Shown here: piece after piece, positions 57,206-64,000 of the stretch
How positions within the stretch are numbered: position 1 is the stretch's first letter
Layout: each line of letters starts with the position of its first letter
Source of the DNA: Octopus vulgaris
Lineage: Eukaryota
DNA length: 64,000 nt
Direction of reading: 5' to 3'
NCBI GenBank assembly: GCA_951406725.2
Contig: OX597828.1
Location: forward strand, 42,594,001-42,658,000
Position numbers and translations under genes: made by a program
The notes under the pieces: model-generated
Databases searched by the model: none
What the model was told of the DNA's origin: nothing
Seen by the model: only the letters and a program-made list of their open reading frames with translations

Positions 57206-57420
57206 TTCTTTTACTTGTTTCAATCATTTGACTGCGGCCATGCTGGAGCATCGCCTTTAGTCGAACAAATCGACTCCAAGACTTATTCTTTGTAAGTCTA
57301 GTACATATTCTATGTTTTTTTTGCCGAACCGCTAAGTTACACGGACGTAAACACACCAACATCAGTTGTCAAGAGATGATAGCGGGGTGGGGGGGCACAC
57401 AGACAGACACACAAATACAT
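57206..57420 (-). mobile_element. SINE A, 3' half
   Basis: Reverse match from the tail to the microsatellite. Confidence 0.85.
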
Positions 57421-57798
57421 ACATATAAACAGGATGCGGAAGGTATTTGAGGACATACGTTCTTTGGGTCATTGCGGCAAGTTTTGTATTTATATTTATG
57501 CAGCTGAGGATAGCTCTGCATTTAAAATGATGTAATGGCTGCATTGCTCAATTAAATGGAGCCGCTTGAAACGGTCGTACTGCATCGCCTCTTGATATCC
57601 TGTTGCTTATTTTGAGTTGTACGGAAAATACGACACTAACTTGGTACTTGAACTTAAGTACCTAAGTCAACTGAATCTCAATTATATATATATAGGGGAG
57701 AAATTATACAAAATATATAAATAGATTATGAGTAAAGCACTGACACAGTTTCAATTACCTGTTGTTATCCGTAGATTTAGTATTACGTTAATTATATA

Positions 57799-58158
57799 GG
57801 TGTGGTAAGTAGCCTGCTTACCAGCCACATGGTTCTGGGTCCAGTCCCAATGCGTGGGACTTTGGACAAGTGTCTTCTACTATAGCCTCGGACCGACCAA
57901 AGCCTTGTGTGTGGATTTGGTTGACGGAAACTGAAAGAAGCCCGTCGTATATATGTGTATGTGTATGTGTGTGTGTGCGCGTGCGTGTGTGTGTTTATCT
58001 GTCTCTGTTTATACCTCCCACCACCATCGCTTGGTATGTTTACGTCTCCGTAACTTAGCGGTTCGACAGAATATTCCGTTAGACTAAGTACTAGGCTTAC
58101 AAAGAAAAAGACCGGGATCGATTTTTCCGAGTAAAAGCCGTGCTCCAGCATGGCCGCA
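57799..58158 (+). mobile_element. SINE A
   Basis: Lies tail-to-tail with the next copy. Confidence 0.88.
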
Positions 58159-58182
58159 TTATTCTTTCATTCTTTCATTCGT

Positions 58183-58407
58183 TTACTTGTTTCAGTCATT
58201 TGACCGCGGCCATGCCGGAATACTGCCTTTAATCGAACAAATCGACCCCAGGACTTATTCTTTGTAAGCCTAGTACTTATTCTATCGGTCTCTTTTGCCG
58301 AACCCCTAAGTTACGGGGACGTAAACAGACCAGCATCAGTTGTCAAGCGATGTTGGGGGGACAAACACAGACATACAAACACACACGTACATTCATACAC
58401 ACACACG

Positions 58408-58469
<62 letters not shown>

Positions 58470-58537
58470 CATACATGTATACGACGGGCTTCCTTCTGTT
58501 TCCGCCTACCAAATCCACTCCCAAGGCTTTGGTCGGC
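58183..58537 (-). mobile_element. SINE A, 5'-truncated
   Basis: Reverse match. Confidence 0.88.
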
Positions 58538-58653
58538 TTTGGTTACTCCACCAGTTGCACAAGAAAGTGTGCAGCGTAGAACTACAGTAAACGGAAACAG
58601 GACATATCACTTAACCGGAATTACTCTTGAACATTCTTATGCCTGATTCTTAC

Positions 58654-58698
<45 letters not shown>

Positions 58699-58815
58699 CG
58701 GCAGCAGCAATTGGGGTAATGGTGGTAGATTTTGTTGTTGTTAAGCGGTGCCTGTCAGCTATATTATTTAGCAACAACCACGATAGCAATTTGAGATAAG
58801 CAATATATATATATG

Positions 58816-58851
<36 letters not shown>

Positions 58852-59014
58852 AATCAACAACAGTAACAACCAGACTAGTAGCAATAGTAGGATCAACAAT
58901 CGAAACAACAACAACAACAACAACAGCAACGACAACAACAACAAACAACAACAACTGAGTAAAATAGAGAGTCATATTAGAAACGTTATATATGTTTCCA
59001 CATACATATATATC

Positions 59015-59046
<32 letters not shown>

Positions 59047-59236
59047 TGTATATATATATATATATATATAAATACACATACACATGCGCGCGCGCGTACG
59101 CACACGCATGTATACACATATGTACATAAAGTGTATGTACGTATCAAACTTCAACATAAAAGAACGAATATGAACTTTAACCCTTCTACACAGATACATA
59201 GATACGTGTGCCCTTCTCTGTGAAATGTGTACATAT

Positions 59237-59287
<51 letters not shown>

Positions 59288-59463
59288 TTATTCTTCTACT
59301 GCCACGGACATGCTAGAGCACTACTATGACGGCAATTTCTGCTTTGCGTTTTCTATTTGAAGAGCGAGAGTGTTCGATGCATCTATATTATACCGAGTGA
59401 AGCGGATGAATGCAGCAGCACCCATCAGTTTCCCCTACCGCGACGTTGGTTCGTCAGTGATTC

Positions 59464-59717
59464 TGTAATGGTTCTCAATCAGTCTACGTGACCTTAAGGG
59501 TCCATATAAGATTTTGTGGTTAAAATTTGTGCAATAAACTGGTTATATTTCTACGATACACAATATATTTAAATTAATTCGTATACAATTCATAATAATA
59601 TTTAATTATAAAAATGTAATAGGAGTCTTTACATATCGAATGGCTTTGAGGGCCTTACGCACTGAATAAAATACAAGTCAAAGCGGTTCATTGGCAAAAA
59701 TTGCTTGAGAGCCGCTG
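59464..59717. mobile_element. Probable hAT-type MITE
   Basis: Degenerate TIRs (TAATGGTTCTCAA ... TTGAGAGCCGCTG) around an AT-rich body. A related end (GGTTGAGAATCACTG) lies at ~19888-19902. Confidence 0.45.
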
Positions 59718-60349
59718 CTGTCGAAATCTCATTGAAATCTAGTGACATGGCGCATATCTGCTATGTTTTGAGGGAGGTCATTGAAGATTTGTGACCGCTG
59801 AATCCTGGGTTGTCCTTTCCTTGGTTGTTCTTTCTTATTCTTATTGGAGAGTGAAGGAACACCGCTGTTTGGAATTATATAGTGGTGTTCTCATTGACTT
59901 CTGTAAGTTTTCAATGTGTAATTTTGCTATCAGTAACTTCAGGACTTCAGCATATCATTCTTGTCTTCGTTTCACGGAATATAATTTAAAATTGCCAGCG
60001 CCTTCCAATTGCTCATCTACTGCATGGAGTCATTTTGGCAGTTTTTGCAGTTTTTGCAGTTTATTTTTTATGTTCAAGAGTGAGCATGGTAGTAGTTTTG
60101 AACCGTAATTTAGGTGGCTGAGAACAAATGTCTTCTAGAGAACATCTTTGAGCGTTTGTAGTCTTTTTATGAATATCATTAAAATGTTTTCTGCTTGTCT
60201 TCCCGCTTTTGCCATCTGCATAATTTTATTATATGAAACGATGCGTCATCACTCATTACAAATTTCCATATCCCACAGAGGCTTATGACTCTTTTGGTGT
60301 AATTTCTTCGTTCTCTGTGTGTCCGGGTTGCGTCTTGTTAGTGGGCTGA

Positions 60350-60810
60350 TAAGGCGGCGAGTTGACGAAATCATTAGCATACCAGACAAAATGCTTAGCG
60401 GCATTTCGTTCGGCGAGCTGGCAGAAACGTTAGCACGCCGGGCGAAATGCTTAACGGTATTTCGTCTGCCGCTACGTTCTGAGTTCAAATTCCGCCGAGG
60501 TCGACTTTGCCTTTCATCCTTTCGGGGTCGATTAAATAAGTACCAGTTACGCACTGGGGCCGATATAATCGACTTAATCCGTTTGTCTGTCCTTGTTTGC
60601 CCTCTCTGTGTTTATCCCTTTGTGGATAGTAAAGAAATCGGTATTTCGTTCGTCATTACGTACTGAATTGAAACCCTGTTGAGGTCGTCTTTGTTTGTAG
60701 TCCTTTCGGAGTCAAAGAAATAAAGACCAGTCGAGCACTGGGATTGATATATAATTGATACCCAGTCTCCCTAAAATTCCAGGCCTTGTGCCAATAGTAG
60801 AAAGGAATAC
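60350..60810 (+). mobile_element. Young SINE B nested in an older SINE B
   Basis: Old head, then young element, then old body. CGG(C/T)ATTTCGTTC is duplicated at ~60399 and ~60639. Confidence 0.9.
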
Positions 60811-61159
60811 GTTGGTGGTCTGACAATGAACTGCGTCAAAATTTCCTGCATTGAATTTCATGCTGCTGTTTTCGGCCCATCTGGTGTATGACATCAAGGG
60901 AAGCTTTTTATATCTTCGTGGTCTTTTAGCGATATTGAAACCTTAATATCATCCGTAGGACTTTTGAGAGTAACTTTGCTGATAATCAGATATAAGTTTC
61001 ATAGGGTTTGCTTTTACAAACAATAATGTCCCCAAAACAGTTCCTTGTGGTACTCCGCATTAGATATCTTGAGAGATATTCCAGTCTATTGCATTTACTT
61101 GACTTCGAAAGTAATACAGTCACATACTGTGTTAATACAGTCCTAACGCGCCACTCTCA

Positions 61160-61532
61160 CAGTTGACTGTGTGGTGAAAAGTTTGCTTCCCAATCACACG
61201 GTTCCGGGTTCAATTCCACTGCGTGGCACCTTGGACAAGTGTCTTCCACTATAGACTTGGGCTGACCAAAGCCTTGTGAGTGGATCTGGTAGACGGAAAC
61301 TGAAAGAAGCCCGTAGTGTATATATGTGTGTGTGTGTGTATGTTTGTATTTATGTTTGTCCATCATCACCGTTCGAAAACCGGTGTTGGTGTGTTTACTT
61401 CTTCTTAACTTAGCGTTCCGGGAGAAGAAATCGATTGAATAATTAATGGGCTTAAAAAAATTAAAATTAACTACCGCAGTCGATTTGCTCGGCTAAAATT
61501 CTTTGAGTCAGTGCTCCAGCACAGCCGCAGTC
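61160..61532 (+). mobile_element. SINE A, diverged, inside the old LINE
   Basis: Head-to-tail match. Confidence 0.82.
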
Positions 61533-62008
61533 AGAAGATAAAGAAAAGAAAGAAAAAAAGAGAAAGATGCAAAGGTGCCGAAGTTGACGACTGTCAGTCT
61601 TTGTGATCACCTTTGCTGAAAGCCTTTTGCAGAGATCACGTGCATTCACATTTGATTGATAAAACAACATTTTTGGTGTCCAATGATTAAAGCGCTGTAA
61701 CTGGAGACCATTTTGGATCTCATCTAACAAGCTATTTTTCCTCTTGGAATTTCGTCAGTTTTCCCTCTGATATGAGCCACTCCATGATCTCACTGATACG
61801 AGAAGTCGGTGACAGGCCTGTGAACTTTTTGCATCTGCACTGCTTCATATATCCATCTTCATTCAGGTTTTTGCGGGGATTTCACAATTTTTCCAGAAAG
61901 CTTAGGAAATGTAATTAAACTGGTTTGGTTTGGGGTCGTTTTACATGCCATTAAATGAATTTGGTGGGGAAGCTACCAGCAGGGTCTGCTGCTGAAATTT
62001 TCATGCAT

Positions 62009-62079
<71 letters not shown>

Positions 62080-62659
62080 CATATATATATACATATATAT
62101 GTAGATGTGAGTGTGTGTGCGTATGTATATGAGACTGAGAAAAAATGCCTTTCAAAGAAAAAACATGAAATTTATGCTATATATATATATATATGTGTGT
62201 GTTTGTGGGTCTTTGTGACTGAGTACCTATATGTATATACACACATATATATGTAGATACATATATCACATACCTATATACATTTGTTAGTGTATGTGTA
62301 TATATATATATACGAACACACAGATATGTATATCATATGTGTGTGTATATCTGTACGTATATATGCATATATATATGTATGTATGTATATATGTATGTTT
62401 CAATATACACGTATATCTATTACGAGTACCATGAAGCAATTGGTGGCAAAAGGAAGTCGTTTAAAAGTTGTTATGTCTAGGAATTGGTGCAGCAACCAAA
62501 TGGCACTTTTATTTTCTTTACTCCTTTCATGTTTATAGTTTTTTTAGGGTGTTTTTCTTTCCCTTCAGCCTATTTTATAGTCTTTCTCTTTCTCTCTTTC
62601 TCTCTCTCTCCCTTCCTATCCTCCTCTCTCAGTATATATTTCTCTTTATACGTATTAGT

Positions 62660-62682
62660 ATATATATCTATCTATCTATCTA

Positions 62683-62774
<92 letters not shown>

Positions 62775-62787
62775 ATATATATACATA

Positions 62788-62849
<62 letters not shown>

Positions 62850-62863
62850 CATATGTGTATATG

Positions 62864-62896
<33 letters not shown>

Positions 62897-62921
62897 TCAT
62901 TTATAGATGTATGGGTATATG

Positions 62922-62978
<57 letters not shown>
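62660..62978. repeat. (TA)n/(TG)n microsatellite
   Basis: Seen directly. Confidence 0.95.
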
Positions 62979-62979
<1 letters not shown>

Positions 62980-63310
62980 CCTGTCTTATAATGGAATCTG
63001 TATGGAGTGTTGAAAGTTGATAATGTTACCACGATCAAAGGTATATGATTCAAAACAGCAACAAGAACAGCAATGTGACATATCCACAACGACGACGACA
63101 ACGACAACAACAACACCAACAATAGCAGCAAAAAAAAAGCAGCAGCAGCAGTAGCAACAGTAGTAGCAGCAGCAGTAGTAGCAGCAGCGGTAGTAGCAGC
63201 AGCAGCTATTTGAATACACTAGTAGAAGAATATGCTGACATGGTGTACCTTTGGAAAGCAGAAACGGGAGAAATGTGAAGATAGAAGTTGAAGGTATAAA
63301 TGAGATATAA

Positions 63311-63750
63311 ATAGGCTCAGGAGTGGCTGTGTATAGGCGCAGGAGTGGCTGTGTATAGGCTCAGGAGTGGCTGTGTATAGGCTCAGGAGTGGCTGTGTAT
63401 AGGCACAGGAGTGGCTGTGTATAGGCACAGGAGTGGCTGTGTATAGGCACAGGAGTGGCTGTGTATAGGCTCAGGAGTGGCTGTGTATAGGCTCAGGAGT
63501 GGCTGTGTATAGGCTCAGGAGTGGCTGTGTATAGGCTCAGGAGTGGCTGTGTATAGGCACAGGAGTGGCTGTGTATAGGCGCAGGAGTGGCTGTGTATAG
63601 GCACAGGAGTGGCTGTGTATAGGGGCAGGAGTGGCTGTGTATAGGCGCAGGAGTGGCTGTGTATAGGCTCAGGAGTGGCTGTGTATAGGCTCAGGAGTGG
63701 CTGTGTATAGGCACAGGAGTGGCTGTGTATAGGCGCAGGAGTGGCTGTGT
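63311..63750 (+). repeat. Minisatellite: 20 x 22-bp ATAGGCNCAGGAGTGGCTGTGT, the SINE A 5' head
   Basis: Exact 22-bp period. The last unit is the head of the SINE itself. Confidence 0.95.
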
Positions 63751-63894
63751 GGTAAGTAGCTTGCTTACCAACCACATGGTTCCGGGTTCAGTCCCACTGC
63801 GTGGTATCCTGGGCAAGTGTCTTCTACTATAGACTCGGGCCGACCAAAGCCTTGTGAGTGGATTTGGTAGACGGAAACTGAAAGAAGCCTGTCG

Positions 63895-63927
<33 letters not shown>

Positions 63928-64000
63928 CCGTGTACGTTTGTGTGTCTGTGTTTATCCTCCCAGCATTGCTTGACAACCGATGCTGGTGTGTTTATGTCCC
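63729..64000 (+). mobile_element. SINE A, running off the window end
   Basis: Head and internal microsatellite present. Confidence 0.92.

Larger units (their letters stand above)
59720..61970 (-). pseudogene. Old degenerate CR1/L2-type LINE RT, split by SINE B (60350-60810) and SINE A (61160-61532) insertions
   Basis: Collinear relics on the - strand: RPV..TS.ISEIME (~61800), DxxKAFxKxDH (~61620), [10 protein letters not shown] (~61040), WAENSSMKFNAG (~60860), TFVLSHLNYGS (~60120), KLYSVKRRQE (~59975). Confidence 0.75.

Noticed and set aside
63311-63750. CRISPR-like appearance of the 22-bp array
   Set aside because: There are no spacers and no cas genes, and the unit is the SINE A head.

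Overview
Eukaryotic, repeat-saturated intergenic or intronic DNA. The very high density of (TA)n, (TATG)n, (CA)n and (GA)n microsatellites, together with the tRNA-derived SINE families, resembles an octopus (coleoid cephalopod) genome; this is an inference from pattern, not a database result. I cannot support any host protein-coding gene, and nearly all listed ORFs are translations of microsatellites or SINEs. Real coding remnants are all from transposable elements: a 5'-truncated CR1/L2-type LINE with an open RT frame (11905-13186, -), an old fragmented copy of the same type (59720-61970, -), two RTE-clade fragments, an L1/Tx1-type RT relic, a complete 1285-bp maT-like (DD37D) Tc1/mariner element (35628-36912), and smaller transposase relics. 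Three tRNA-derived SINE groups occur in many copies and are labelled A, B and C here. The most notable observations are: (1) several short repeats carrying minimal hammerhead-ribozyme-like motifs, one pair in tandem and one inverted; (2) SINE B repeatedly joined into its own sequence at one fixed site; (3) a LINE/SINE partnership shown by a shared 3' tail with a covarying stem-loop; (4) a 20-copy 22-bp array built from the SINE A promoter head. Boundaries of degenerate repeats are approximate.
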